The position numbers and the translations under genes are program-made. Source: Barthelona sp. PCE (Eukaryota). From it: a DNA stretch of 64,000 bases. The DNA is taken from positions 186,001 to 250,000 of the forward strand of contig JAUFOR010000003.1 in NCBI GenBank assembly GCA_040285745.1, read 5' to 3'. The notes beneath the pieces were generated by a model, which saw only the letters and a program-made list of their open reading frames with translations, did no database searches and had not been told where the DNA came from. Shown piece after piece: positions 39,852 to 50,907 of this stretch (positions within the stretch are counted from its first letter, which is position 1; each line of letters starts with the position of its first letter).

Positions 39852-42800
39852 CTACTTTCTCTTTGAACCTCTCGTTGATTTACCGCCTTTTCCAGGCTTC
39901 TTTGCACCACTCTCACTGGGATAACCATGTGATTCGTCGAACTCGTTCTTGAAAACAGATTTGAGCAGAAACGTTAGAATTCCAGGCTTGTCTTGGATAG
40001 CACCCTCCTCAACAAGCAATGTCTTGAGCTCCACACATAGTTCCGGCGTGGGTTCCATCTGTAACGTCTCGAAATCCTCAGCTGTGATACCAAAAAGCTT
40101 GAATATAACTTCTTTGAACATTTCAACATTGACAGTGGGTGTTTCACCATCAATAACGAGCTCGTCGCTGTGCGTATACAGATATCTTAGTGACTTCGCG
40201 GTGATAGCGCAGTCATAAACGTACCAGAGCTGATGCTTGATCAGAAGTGTGTAATGCAATTTTTGCTTCTCGTAATCTTGATACGTGGTCACCACACCAA
40301 CACTGCGGTCGGCAAACGAGGTGCTCAGTACAGAGATACAGTCGCTATATGAATCACTCTTCATCAAACTCTTATGTAGGTACTCAATACGGTGATCATA
40401 TATATTGCTGTTAACGGGCATGGATATGAAGAACTCTCGCAGCATGTGCGCATCGTGCATAGCCTTGATGTCATCCAGCCACTTGAGTGGCACATCGAAC
40501 GACAACGTACCCACATCAGAATGCAAAGCAGAGAAAAACTTCCGCTTAGCCTCCGACACCAGTGCGCGGAACGCAACAGCTCTGATTTTCGTCTCCTTGT
40601 CGTCAAGCATACATGCGATTTGGACATAGAGAACGACATACTTGTAAAAATCGTTTGACAATAGTGAAACCGAGTCAACAGCGTACTGTATGCCTTGTTG
40701 GATAGCGTGGTGTGCTTGCTGCAGAGCCTCAGGAGTACCATTTGACACAAGACTAAGGCTAAGACAGAAATACACCTGTGCGCGGTGGGCGTCGGGCATT
40801 GAGTTTGTTGTCAGCATAGCACTGTATGTTGGCGTCACGGTGAAGTCGAATGGAAGGTTATACTGCAGGAGGAGTTCCTGAATACGGAGCATAAGCGGTA
40901 AGAATACGCAGTTTCCGTTTTCGAATTGGTGGTAGGCAGACTGACTCTGACCGAAACTCGTACCCAGCTTTCTGGCAGCATTGGTGCACAAGCCAAAGAG
41001 CTCCTTGAGGTTATTGCTGATCTGCAACGTATCCGGATCACTACTTGCCATAATAACCCTAGCATGAGTGCTAACACACTCAACACAGGTATGCACACAA
41101 ATCTCATTGTTTTCAAGACACAACAGCTTGTCGATATCATCAGATGATATGTCGAAACCGCGGTGAAGTTGGTACTGTACCTTGCTAGAAAGAGCTAACA
41201 GTTTTAACTCAGTGAAAGAGGCAGCTTCACAATCGGCGACAAAAACGTCATAATACTCAAGGTACTGGTCGTGGTTGACAGCCCTCATTGACTCAAGCAA
41301 AGCGTACTTAACATTGAGCACAAGTGTTTTGAAAGGGCGCCAACGACCGATGTACTTCAGATCACTCTTCCAAGTTTCGTCAATATCAACGTACCCTTCA
41401 TTGACAACTGATGAGAGGAGACTACCTTCTACTATCACACGGCTTGATGAAGGTGTGACCTTCTTCTTGGCCTTTGCTTTGTCAGGCTTCGCCTTGTCAA
41501 CCTTAACTGGTTCTGTAGCTTCTGTAGGGTACATTATCTGGCCTAGTAGCTCGATACATTCTGCATACATGTGTGTCCTCATAGCATAATGTACCACCAA
41601 TGAAAGCTTGTACAGCTGGACGCCTCCAAATATGTCTTCCTTTTCTTCTTCCGCTTCTTCCACCTTTGATTCGTCTTCTTCCGCCTCTTCCGATGGCATG
41701 CTGTAGTAGGGGAGCCCGCGAAGGAGTGAAAATACATCATCTGACATATCCGTACAGTTAAGAGCGAGAGCAAGTCGCACACAAAGTTCAGCGTGAACAT
41801 AGCGGCTCAAAACACTGAAGAACGGTGTTCCACCGAATGACATGCCGAATACGGTCTTTAGGTCGATATTGTGAAGAGACTCACCAGCCTTAATGCCGAT
41901 ATCGACGTTTCCAAGTCCAGCAAGTGCAACAGCCGCATGGGAGAGGTAACCCAGGCGCAGCAAACACTGGATATTGATGAGAGAAGCATACAAGATCTCG
42001 TTGGGACTGAGCACAACCTGTCTTGCAAACCAAACAGCGAATTGCGAAACACTCAGAGCACGGGGTGTGTCCGGAGTGAAGAGCATGTATCTGTCGTTGT
42101 TTAAGAGAGCCAGCGCGGTGAGAGACTCGGTGACGAGCCATGGTGAAGGAATGATGTTACTTGGGAAAAGATTCAGTGTCATAATTTCCTGAGGGAACAA
42201 CACATCACCGGTTAGCTCAGTTAGCATGTGTGCTGTTGCGCTTTGAGGGAACGTCATAGAAGCGATAGGGGTTATAAAGTTGAAGACGACTCCAAAAGAA
42301 AGGCAGGATATACCAATCAGCTCATGTGCGCTATCCGAACGCATAGCAATGCGAGCAAGACTGCATACAACAAACCATAGCATCCATAGCTCCTCCTCCA
42401 ACTGTTGAAGGGTGGCCATGGCAAGTCTCTTCTTTAACTTTTTGAAGGAGATTCCGCTGTAGTTAACTGTCGAATTGATACGCATGAAGTAGAAGTCTAG
42501 AAGATATCGCAACAGTTCATACTCTAGTGTATCGTCGCCGAATTGCGTCATCCACTTGTGGCAGAAGACGGAATAGTCGTTGCAAAGCGTAAGGCGCTGT
42601 AACGAGTCATTGGCCTCACTAACTTCCATTAGAAGCCCATCATAGAGCTGTTTGAGGCGCAGGATCTCTTCTGAATCTAAAACATCATTGCTCAGGATAC
42701 GCGCCTGCATGATCTGCGCTTCTAGACCAGTCGAGCACTCCTCCAACAATGCTTTCATCTCGTTTGCTAAGGCCATCGACTGCTGGAATCGCTCGTCATC

Positions 42801-45800
42801 TTCCTCTATTAAATTTAGTGCATCGTTCCATCGATCAACAAGAATCTGAAGGGATGAGTCGGTGGGGATTGCCTCCACCCACCTCTCGAGCTCAACTGCA
42901 ACGGTGATGGGGTCAACAGACATAACAATTTCGGATACAGTGGAAACAAAAGTTATCATGTTGAGCTGCACAGTAGGGGTCATCTTTTCCACAACAGATG
43001 CGAGGGATCCCATGCTCATCATCAGCGCTATATAATTATCGTCAGTGAAAGAAACCATCTCGGCCTCGAGAACACCCTTAAGTAAGCCAAAGATTTCTGG
43101 GATCTGAGACAATGCAGAGCTGAATCCAGTATCGTTGTACAGTCTAATAGCGCTGTTAAGTGATCTGCAGAGGAGAATAGAACCCAGACTGGTTGTATCA
43201 CTATCCTTATCTTTTGTTTTCTCCTCTCGCTTCTCAACGCGATCTCTCTTGGATTTCTTACCCTTGGCAGACTTGCTTCCCTTCTTTCCCTTGGCGCTCT
43301 CGGGCTCTGGCTCGTCTCTGGCGTCGAATAAGCGGTCAGCAACCATACATAGCGCCTGTATACATCTGCATGTTGTGTAGTACGTAGTTACACGCGTAAG
43401 AAGCGCACCGAACGCTTTTTTCAGTTGGCTGATGTTGTGCAACACAGGGAGACGATTGATGATGACTGAAGCAGCTTCTCGCTCTTCTTTCGACATGGAT
43501 TCATCTTCAGGCTCCTCCTCTTCAACGGCAGCTGGTTTCTTACCCTTCTTCTTACCCTTCTTCGAGTCCTTTGGGGTATCAGAGGTGGTTCCTTCACCTC
43601 CTGACTCAAGTACAGCGTAGAATGAACTCATCAATTCGCTGTATGACTTCTGTGCAGAGTTGAACTGTGCATGGACAGTATCGCATGCGGCTGCTAGTGC
43701 ATCGAGCTTGGGGACGGCGCTTGTGATCTGTACGATAGATCCCCTCATGTAACTTGAAATGATTGGGGAATTTAACTCAAGGCAAATCTCAAGATATCGA
43801 GTTGTCGTCTGGAAACACCGGATGAAGTCCTCGTTTGTCTCGGCTGACCACGGACCCAGTTTAGAGAAAGTGGAATTAATCTCCGTTTTCAATGTTCCAA
43901 AATCCTTGATTTTTTGAAGGGGTAAAAGACCCTCTGGTGATTCTAAGTTGCTGAGACATGTTGCATTGAGCAGTTCCAGCTTCAGGTCAAGATCTGTTAC
44001 AGAATCAATGAACGGTACAGACGTCAACAACCCTTTGCGACCGAGATCGCAGCATAAATCGATGATTATGGCTTGTTTGTCACGGTCCTCAATTTCAGTA
44101 ATGTGCTGCAGAATGAAGTTTGCCCTCTTCAGGAGTTCCATGAGGCCTGGCATCTGTGATGTTTCACAAACGAAAGGTTTGAAGAATTCATAGAAAACGC
44201 ACAAAGCACTAATGACATTATCGAACCCAAAAATCGAATGCAGATGATCTGTTAGGAAACATTGGGCTGCAGTGAGGGCACATGATGCAGCTAGACATTG
44301 TACATAAGTTCTTTTCTTTGGTGTGAGTTCCAAACATTTCGAAACCCATCCAAAACAATTAATTGACTTTGAAAACAATTTCAACAACTGTGCCTCCTCA
44401 CTTTCGATCTTTGAGCGCTGGGAGATGTCACGGATGGTCTTTGCTGCGACTAAAAGAATATGTCCAACAGTCTTTGCCCCTTCCTCACTCAATTCATTCG
44501 TTGTAAGATGCAAATCGAGCACACCTTGCAATGAAACGGGAGGCAGGGTGGGAATGGCGCTCATGTGAAGAGGAAGACACTCAGACAGAGCACACAGTGT
44601 CATAAGGTCGAGATTGCGTACATACGAAGTGCGGATCAGCTGACTATACAGTGTGCAGAGCGGAAATGATGATGCCAACACGAATGGGGGGTGGCGGATG
44701 ACGCTCTCATCAGGAAGAACAACACCAACACTAATCATATTGATTTTATCTGAGGGTTTGAAAGAAAGAGTTGATGCCACTCCTTTTTTCGTTAAAAGCC
44801 CTGTACCACGAATACGCGTGGAGTTGATTGTGACGGAGGAACCACTTTGAGCAACGGCTCTGTAGTCATCAACCCATTCAGGAAGCTTGACATTGAATAT
44901 GACTTTGCTTGAACAACGCAGCAGGACACGGACATCAAGCTCACGGTCACTTTCCACCCTCTTCAAGAGGAGCTTCTCTTCTACCTCACATTTGGCGATC
45001 TCTCGTAGAGCTTGTGTTAGGAGCATAGTTGCGCGTTCTCCTGATGTGGCAAATTCGGCAAAAAGAATGTAGCACAGAGCCATCATATATGTGTTGTCCT
45101 GTACATCCAAGATGCGTTGCGTTTCGTAGTCGGTGTCATACGCCTTTTTCACACGTTTCGGCTTCTTAATCATTTTGGTTTTGCCACCATAAATATCTGC
45201 ACGTGTTGAAACGAATGAAGTCTGCTCTAATTTCTTACGGTGGTCCTGGAGCAGGTGTTCGTTGAGGCTGTCGAGGTGCAGCAGGTAGCGAATTCGCTCG
45301 CTAAAGAGTGTCCAATCGGCGAGCATGGTAGCGGTTCCGCATGTCTTCTCTGCACTTATTGAGGTGACAGCGACGCCCTTCTTGAAGTATTCATCGTGTA
45401 AACCGAGCTCATGTACCTTTGTGACCAGCGGGAGTATATTTTTATCAAGGAATTCTTTCACAACCTCCTTGTCAGTCTCGCTCTTCAATTCAAGAACCTT
45501 GCGACATATCATGAGGTACTGCTCCACATCGATACCTATCGAAACACCGCATACGATGGGAACAATACCGACTCTCTGATCTGACAGACGTGTGATATCG
45601 AGGTTGTCATCGATCTCTGACAGAATTTCAAGACAGAGATCCAGGAATTCCGGTTCGATGGCGTCGCCCAAAGCCTTAAACGAGTCAATCATGTTAGACA
45701 AGAGACTGTTATATATGATTTTTGTGATTGGTGAATCAATGGCATTCAGAAGCGTCAAAAAAGCGTGGTGGATATCAATGAAGCTATCACAGTCAACGAA

Positions 45801-47030
45801 CTTAAACGTGTGCACAGCCTTGAGACATTTGAATACATTGCTTTGACTTTCAAACCGAGCAAACTGATCAAAATTCGCTGTTGAGTTACTGTTACTTGAT
45901 CTCTTTGTTGATTTCCCATCACTCTTCTTGGCTGCTTCGCCCTGGGGCTTGGTGAGAAGAATGAGGGAAAGTCTGAACTCATCAAAAATATTTTTCTCCT
46001 CTTCCTCTTCTTCTTCTTCTCCCTCCTCAGCCTTGGGAAGTACAGTTGGTGGGATTTTAAGCGCACGCACAGCCTCGACTTCAACAGAATTATACTGCTT
46101 AGTGTCATCCATTATCAAATTCATGGCAATAGGAATCAATAGATTTAACAGGTCATTAAAATCAAGGATCTCCAGATTGCTCTTCTCGTCATGTAAAGTC
46201 TTCTCAAATACATTCAGCTTCTCAGCTTCTCTAATGAATGTATCATATTCTTCTGCTATAGTTTCTTGAGTATTGTCGAGATACAGTTGTTTGGTAGCAT
46301 TTAAAAGTCCCAACATCCTATCAGAGAACTTACTTTCGGCGGAAGACACAGGGATACCTGCTTTCAATAACCGGATTAAGTCAGGACAGTGATGTGTCTG
46401 TAATAATGGTGGGGTTGATTCATACGCGGTTAAGCAACTGTTGACTATATGTGCTGCCAGTTCCGGTTTCTGTACCGAGAGACGGTGCGACATCTCAACA
46501 AGAAATATGAGCGCATTGAGAATGACATGCGTTGCCTTATCGTTCGCCGTTGTACGTTGAAGCATAACAAAAACACCCGTTATAATGCGCTCGAATGTTT
46601 GCCAACAGTCAGGCAGCAACAGAAGGGGGTCCTGTGTGACGGCCTTGCTATAGAGTGCACGGTAGTACTGAAGTTCTAAATCAGCCATTAAGGCGAAATA
46701 CTGTCTTTGCATTTCATAATCGCTCATAATAGCCTTTGGTATGCTGCTGCCCGGGAGTATGCGATCGAATAGAGGCTCGAGGAAGATTACAAATGCCTCA
46801 ATAAGATAATTATTATCAAAAAGATATCGAATGGCGGGATTAACAATGCGGAATATGGCAACGGCGTCGCACAGGGGAGCAAATTGCCTGATGAGCTGCT
46901 CGAACACCTTGAATATGCTTGAAATACTTGAATCTGTTGAAGACTGAGAAATAAAGTTCCTCAATGCCTTGAACTGAACTTTGAATTCTCTTCCTAGCCG
47001 CGTTAAAGGTGGATTATCGAATATATCCAT
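39852..47030 (-). CDS. Giant helical ciliary protein, CFAP54-like
   Basis: About 2390 aa; N-terminal DP.L...W....II.GV..ML......HVILNALIFLVEMSHRL resembles the CFAP54 N-domain; KKGKK-type linkers typical of axonemal proteins. Confidence 0.55.
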   Translation of the reverse strand: MDIFDNPPLTRLGREFKVQFKALRNFISQSSTDSSISSIFKVFEQLIRQFAPLCDAVAIFRIVNPAIRYLFDNNYLIEAFVIFLEPLFDRILPGSSIPKAIMSDYEMQRQYFALMADLELQYYRALYSKAVTQDPLLLLPDCWQTFERIITGVFVMLQRTTANDKATHVILNALIFLVEMSHRLSVQKPELAAHIVNSCLTAYESTPPLLQTHHCPDLIRLLKAGIPVSSAESKFSDRMLGLLNATKQLYLDNTQETIAEEYDTFIREAEKLNVFEKTLHDEKSNLEILDFNDLLNLLIPIAMNLIMDDTKQYNSVEVEAVRALKIPPTVLPKAEEGEEEEEEEEKNIFDEFRLSLILLTKPQGEAAKKSDGKSTKRSSNSNSTANFDQFARFESQSNVFKCLKAVHTFKFVDCDSFIDIHHAFLTLLNAIDSPITKIIYNSLLSNMIDSFKALGDAIEPEFLDLCLEILSEIDDNLDITRLSDQRVGIVPIVCGVSIGIDVEQYLMICRKVLELKSETDKEVVKEFLDKNILPLVTKVHELGLHDEYFKKGVAVTSISAEKTCGTATMLADWTLFSERIRYLLHLDSLNEHLLQDHRKKLEQTSFVSTRADIYGGKTKMIKKPKRVKKAYDTDYETQRILDVQDNTYMMALCYILFAEFATSGERATMLLTQALREIAKCEVEEKLLLKRVESDRELDVRVLLRCSSKVIFNVKLPEWVDDYRAVAQSGSSVTINSTRIRGTGLLTKKGVASTLSFKPSDKINMISVGVVLPDESVIRHPPFVLASSFPLCTLYSQLIRTSYVRNLDLMTLCALSECLPLHMSAIPTLPPVSLQGVLDLHLTTNELSEEGAKTVGHILLVAAKTIRDISQRSKIESEEAQLLKLFSKSINCFGWVSKCLELTPKKRTYVQCLAASCALTAAQCFLTDHLHSIFGFDNVISALCVFYEFFKPFVCETSQMPGLMELLKRANFILQHITEIEDRDKQAIIIDLCCDLGRKGLLTSVPFIDSVTDLDLKLELLNATCLSNLESPEGLLPLQKIKDFGTLKTEINSTFSKLGPWSAETNEDFIRCFQTTTRYLEICLELNSPIISSYMRGSIVQITSAVPKLDALAAACDTVHAQFNSAQKSYSELMSSFYAVLESGGEGTTSDTPKDSKKGKKKGKKPAAVEEEEPEDESMSKEEREAASVIINRLPVLHNISQLKKAFGALLTRVTTYYTTCRCIQALCMVADRLFDARDEPEPESAKGKKGSKSAKGKKSKRDRVEKREEKTKDKDSDTTSLGSILLCRSLNSAIRLYNDTGFSSALSQIPEIFGLLKGVLEAEMVSFTDDNYIALMMSMGSLASVVEKMTPTVQLNMITFVSTVSEIVMSVDPITVAVELERWVEAIPTDSSLQILVDRWNDALNLIEEDDERFQQSMALANEMKALLEECSTGLEAQIMQARILSNDVLDSEEILRLKQLYDGLLMEVSEANDSLQRLTLCNDYSVFCHKWMTQFGDDTLEYELLRYLLDFYFMRINSTVNYSGISFKKLKKRLAMATLQQLEEELWMLWFVVCSLARIAMRSDSAHELIGISCLSFGVVFNFITPIASMTFPQSATAHMLTELTGDVLFPQEIMTLNLFPSNIIPSPWLVTESLTALALLNNDRYMLFTPDTPRALSVSQFAVWFARQVVLSPNEILYASLINIQCLLRLGYLSHAAVALAGLGNVDIGIKAGESLHNIDLKTVFGMSFGGTPFFSVLSRYVHAELCVRLALALNCTDMSDDVFSLLRGLPYYSMPSEEAEEDESKVEEAEEEKEDIFGGVQLYKLSLVVHYAMRTHMYAECIELLGQIMYPTEATEPVKVDKAKPDKAKAKKKVTPSSSRVIVEGSLLSSVVNEGYVDIDETWKSDLKYIGRWRPFKTLVLNVKYALLESMRAVNHDQYLEYYDVFVADCEAASFTELKLLALSSKVQYQLHRGFDISSDDIDKLLCLENNEICVHTCVECVSTHARVIMASSDPDTLQISNNLKELFGLCTNAARKLGTSFGQSQSAYHQFENGNCVFLPLMLRIQELLLQYNLPFDFTVTPTYSAMLTTNSMPDAHRAQVYFCLSLSLVSNGTPEALQQAHHAIQQGIQYAVDSVSLLSNDFYKYVVLYVQIACMLDDKETKIRAVAFRALVSEAKRKFFSALHSDVGTLSFDVPLKWLDDIKAMHDAHMLREFFISMPVNSNIYDHRIEYLHKSLMKSDSYSDCISVLSTSFADRSVGVVTTYQDYEKQKLHYTLLIKHQLWYVYDCAITAKSLRYLYTHSDELVIDGETPTVNVEMFKEVIFKLFGITAEDFETLQMEPTPELCVELKTLLVEEGAIQDKPGILTFLLKSVFKNEFDESHGYPSESGAKKPGKGGKSTRGSKRK

Positions 47031-47099
47031 CTTAACAAGCAAAAAAGGGGTGCAAAGGGTAAAACATCTTGTTAATCGTAGTTTAACTCATTTCAAAGC

Positions 47100-49994
47100 A
47101 TGCAAGTGCCATTCACCCCGTTCCACGCGGCTGTTCACGGCGGTGCTCTGACACCTTTAACCAAAATGAAGACCCCAAAGGCAAAAACGCCACTGAGCTC
47201 TAGACAGATCATGATACACAGAAACTTGATTCGCTGCAACGTGAGCTCCATCAACGTGCTTGTTGATTCACCCATCATTTCAGCTGATAGCATGTGCGGT
47301 TTGTTCGATAATGCCGTTTGGATTGTTTCTGATGGGATAATGGATGTATTCCAAGTGTACGACGATAAAATCGAGGATCTAGGCGAGGTTGCGATTCCAG
47401 TTGACATTAGAGACAGTATGTTTCAGTGCAGTGTTGCTGAAGATACCACAATTGTCATTGCAGGTCAGGGCGGCATCATGTACATGTATGACGACTTCGA
47501 TTGCGTTCCAGAGAGGGTCCAGTTAGATGAAGAAGTGGGGTTGTGTACCTTTATTTCTCCTATTGAAAACACACATTATACTACGTTTCTTGTTCAATTT
47601 GAGGCAGAAGACAGCGGGCACATCACCTACATGGTCCACTACGACGCGGAGAGTGTAGCATGGTCGACCAGGCGTCTAGAGCTCACTCACAAGGGGTTTT
47701 TGTCATTACGTCGGAAAGCGGATGAATCAGTAATAATACAGACCGTAAAGCCGTTCGAAGACACGTTTATCGTGACCGAGAGAGGCATATACACACTTGA
47801 CGAGGAAGAATGCGAGGTTGTGATGAAAGCCCCACGTAATACAGTTGGCACAACAGTACTTTTTGTTGAGGCTACAAATACACACTACGGCGTCTTCATG
47901 GCGAAGAACGGCCGAACGCTTGTGTTAACTGACCTCGATAGCGGAAAACACATGAAGGTTTCAGTTGACTGTCATCTATTGAGCGTTAGTCTATCACATT
48001 ACGCACATCCAGCGCTTGTTCTCTACGGGCGCGGTGTTGACAGCAGCCTGCACGTCCTCAGCGTGAACATGACGGACTTCAAATCGGAGTCGTACAATGC
48101 CAAAGCAGGAACACTTGTCTTGCACACATTCCGAAACTCATCCAGCGATGTCATAGTAACCAACTACGGTGTCGCGAGAATCGTGCCTGCTGCTGAGTTC
48201 ACAAACACAACGGCAGATGGTATCGATGTCTTGATCAAGAGACTTTCGTTTTCCTCTGCCACCGCTGCAAGAGAGGTACCAACTGACTTGAAGGTGAAGG
48301 TAAGCTGTCTTGAGCACAACGAGCTCTTGATACTGCTGGACCGTATCGACAACGGTATTCAGGGGGATTTGATAGAGTCTTTGGAGAGGAGATGCACACA
48401 GCTTAACAACCTTGCAGGGGTTTTGTTTTCTATCGATCACGATGATTTTGTGCGTGATTACATGCACAATATGCTCTTCGTTGCCCAGTTCACTGTCGCA
48501 CTGTTTAATATATCCCAAGCAATCCAGAGTGAGGGCCTCACTCTTTTAGGGAACTATCTCGTTCAGTCTCGTGTTATTTCTGGAGACACTAACAGTTTGT
48601 TTGTCATTGCAGGAAAGTACGAGCTGTTTTTGGAGTTCGGAGTACACCTTCGTGGACTGTCACAGGAGCTGTTGAACAATGATGCCAATGATGCCTTGCT
48701 CTGTGCTGTGCACATCATGGCGCTGTTCGGGCAGGCCTTCAGCCACGTGGCTGACGATCTTCCTTTCTTGAATGTCATGAACAGCAAGAACGAGGTCATG
48801 GTGTCGACAGATGAGGAGGTTTCAAGTCTGATCTTTGATCCCAGCACAAGAGAGTTTTTGACAAAACAGTGTGCTTTTCTATTCAGTTCGGGCGCTTTCC
48901 AATGCTTCTTGGATACTTTTAATGTATGTTCCACATTCCTCGACACGAGTGATGCGCTCTGCGAGGAATCGGCTCTCAATTTCGTAGAGGGTGTTGTGAA
49001 GCTGGCACAGATGGTAAACAACACAGATGTCGTAGATTCAATCTTCAAGAGTGCTCTTATCCGCTTCAAGGGCAACCCCTTGCGCGATCTAGCGTTCAAA
49101 TATAATCATTACCGTACAGTAATCGCAGTCCTCAAGGACGTTCTCGTGCCTATTGAACTGGTGCACTACAGCACTGATTCTGGATACATTTATTCCGTAT
49201 ATGAGTACATGTGCGAGACACAACGTTTCCACGCCCTCTTCCACTCGAAAATCCTCTCAAACTCACTACTGAGGCATCACCTAGAGACGTTCCTTGCAGA
49301 CTGTCACACAGAACTGCTCCCTGTCTTCCATTTGGTTGAGGGTCAGTTTGAAACAGCCATTGCTACTTTTGAGGCAGTTGTTGCTGAAACAAGACACTTT
49401 GCTGTCATCAGAGGCTTTGTTGCGTTCGGTAGACTGCTTGTCGCCACAGGCCATTATGTTGAAGAGCTCCACACGTTATTGGACTTGTTGCAATGTATTG
49501 TCAACGCGCAGTCTCATTTTGTTCCATTGGAACAGCGTCTCATGGACTTGAGCGAGCTTGTTGATCATATGGAGATCCCTGCACTGGATTCAGATACTGT
49601 CAGTGATGAAGTGCACTTTATTCTCGAAACCATTGCAGTTTTTACAGACCTGTCTCGGCACCTTAGCTTGGGCATAGCTGACCCTGATAAGGTTGAGAAA
49701 TACATTCTTGACTACTGGTCCACTGTCCTCACACAGGGAGATATTTACAACATGTACAAGACAAATGCCACGCCGGAGATGATCTTCAAAAAGAGCATTT
49801 TCGGTCAGATTCTGAGTGATATTCACGACAGCTACGTGAAAGAGAAGTGGTTACCTGACAGACTTGTTGTTGGTGATATCTTGAGTAAGTTGTATCAAGG
49901 TATGGAAGAGAATTGTGACGAAGGAGAGAAACAACAGTTTGTTGAATATGTTCTCAGTGGCGTACCATCAAAGTTTGTGCACATTGCGTGTTAG
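47100..49994 (+). CDS. Nucleoporin Nup133-like (beta-propeller + alpha-solenoid)
   Basis: TP-rich N-tail, beta-rich N-half, helical C-half with LAFKYNHY..VI and FL..H.EL...HL..GQFE.A motifs. Confidence 0.55.
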   Translation: MQVPFTPFHAAVHGGALTPLTKMKTPKAKTPLSSRQIMIHRNLIRCNVSSINVLVDSPIISADSMCGLFDNAVWIVSDGIMDVFQVYDDKIEDLGEVAIPVDIRDSMFQCSVAEDTTIVIAGQGGIMYMYDDFDCVPERVQLDEEVGLCTFISPIENTHYTTFLVQFEAEDSGHITYMVHYDAESVAWSTRRLELTHKGFLSLRRKADESVIIQTVKPFEDTFIVTERGIYTLDEEECEVVMKAPRNTVGTTVLFVEATNTHYGVFMAKNGRTLVLTDLDSGKHMKVSVDCHLLSVSLSHYAHPALVLYGRGVDSSLHVLSVNMTDFKSESYNAKAGTLVLHTFRNSSSDVIVTNYGVARIVPAAEFTNTTADGIDVLIKRLSFSSATAAREVPTDLKVKVSCLEHNELLILLDRIDNGIQGDLIESLERRCTQLNNLAGVLFSIDHDDFVRDYMHNMLFVAQFTVALFNISQAIQSEGLTLLGNYLVQSRVISGDTNSLFVIAGKYELFLEFGVHLRGLSQELLNNDANDALLCAVHIMALFGQAFSHVADDLPFLNVMNSKNEVMVSTDEEVSSLIFDPSTREFLTKQCAFLFSSGAFQCFLDTFNVCSTFLDTSDALCEESALNFVEGVVKLAQMVNNTDVVDSIFKSALIRFKGNPLRDLAFKYNHYRTVIAVLKDVLVPIELVHYSTDSGYIYSVYEYMCETQRFHALFHSKILSNSLLRHHLETFLADCHTELLPVFHLVEGQFETAIATFEAVVAETRHFAVIRGFVAFGRLLVATGHYVEELHTLLDLLQCIVNAQSHFVPLEQRLMDLSELVDHMEIPALDSDTVSDEVHFILETIAVFTDLSRHLSLGIADPDKVEKYILDYWSTVLTQGDIYNMYKTNATPEMIFKKSIFGQILSDIHDSYVKEKWLPDRLVVGDILSKLYQGMEENCDEGEKQQFVEYVLSGVPSKFVHIAC

Positions 49995-50404
49995 GATTGC
50001 TTTCTTTGTGATAGATGCCCTAGAATTGAATAGGTGACTTCTAGTATGAAACTTAGAATTAAGGGCCACATGATGACGTTTGATGCATATGAAGACGGCC
50101 ACACATCGATAATAAAGAAGAAGAGGAAGAATACGTTAAGCCCATGGATAACAGAAAGGAGCATAAGACGTAGAGGGAAATGGTAGGCGTAACCGAAAAG
50201 GCTGACAAGAAACTCTATCGCAAACAGTACCAGGGAGAAGACAAGGGTGGTGTGATAGCTTGAGAGTAAAGATGCGGCGGATCCACCATCCCGCAATAGT
50301 GTAAACTCGACGTGCCCGTCTGCGGAGTGGAATGCGAGGATCAAAAGAACCAGATGTGCGAATACAATGGTATTCTTAACCAGTAAAACGTTTTTAAGAA
50401 TCAT
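49991..50404 (-). CDS. TMEM107: Transition-zone protein TMEM107
   Basis: Four TM helices; AHLVLLI...S.D..V, LFAIEF....G, SVIHG....L.FFI...W; ATG at 50404. Confidence 0.7.
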   Translation of the reverse strand: MILKNVLLVKNTIVFAHLVLLILAFHSADGHVEFTLLRDGGSAASLLSSYHTTLVFSLVLFAIEFLVSLFGYAYHFPLRLMLLSVIHGLNVFFLFFFIIDVWPSSYASNVIMWPLILSFILEVTYSILGHLSQRKQS

Positions 50405-50907
50405 AGAAAAGTGAAAAAGGTTTAAACAAGATGTTTTGTCTTTTTCGTCTGATGTGTGTAGCTTATACTCCACTTAATGCCCAAAAATCCAGAATAAATA
50501 CGATATTACTGATATTTGGATTTAGTTCATGAAAAACTTTTACATTCAATTTTTGCATCCCTTACTATGTATAGTTAGGCTACATATATAGCAAGGGTCT
50601 GTATGTCCCTGTTGAAATCGCTTTAAATACGTTATGCACAGATTTTTGATTTTCGAAACTTTCTCATGAATAACTTGAAAACAACTCTACTGAGATGTAT
50701 ATGATGGCAAAAAGCCGAAACAAGGCTGCATTGTTGCAAATAGCACTTTCAACCACATGAACAAATTTTCCCAGCTGTTTGTACTTTTTTGCACATTTTA
50801 ATTGCTGCAAACCATCCAAAAGTATTGGAAAATCTCACCAAACATAGCAAACATAACAAGGCACAGATTTAAGCATTGTGTTTACGTTTTTTACCCATAT
50901 TTCAACA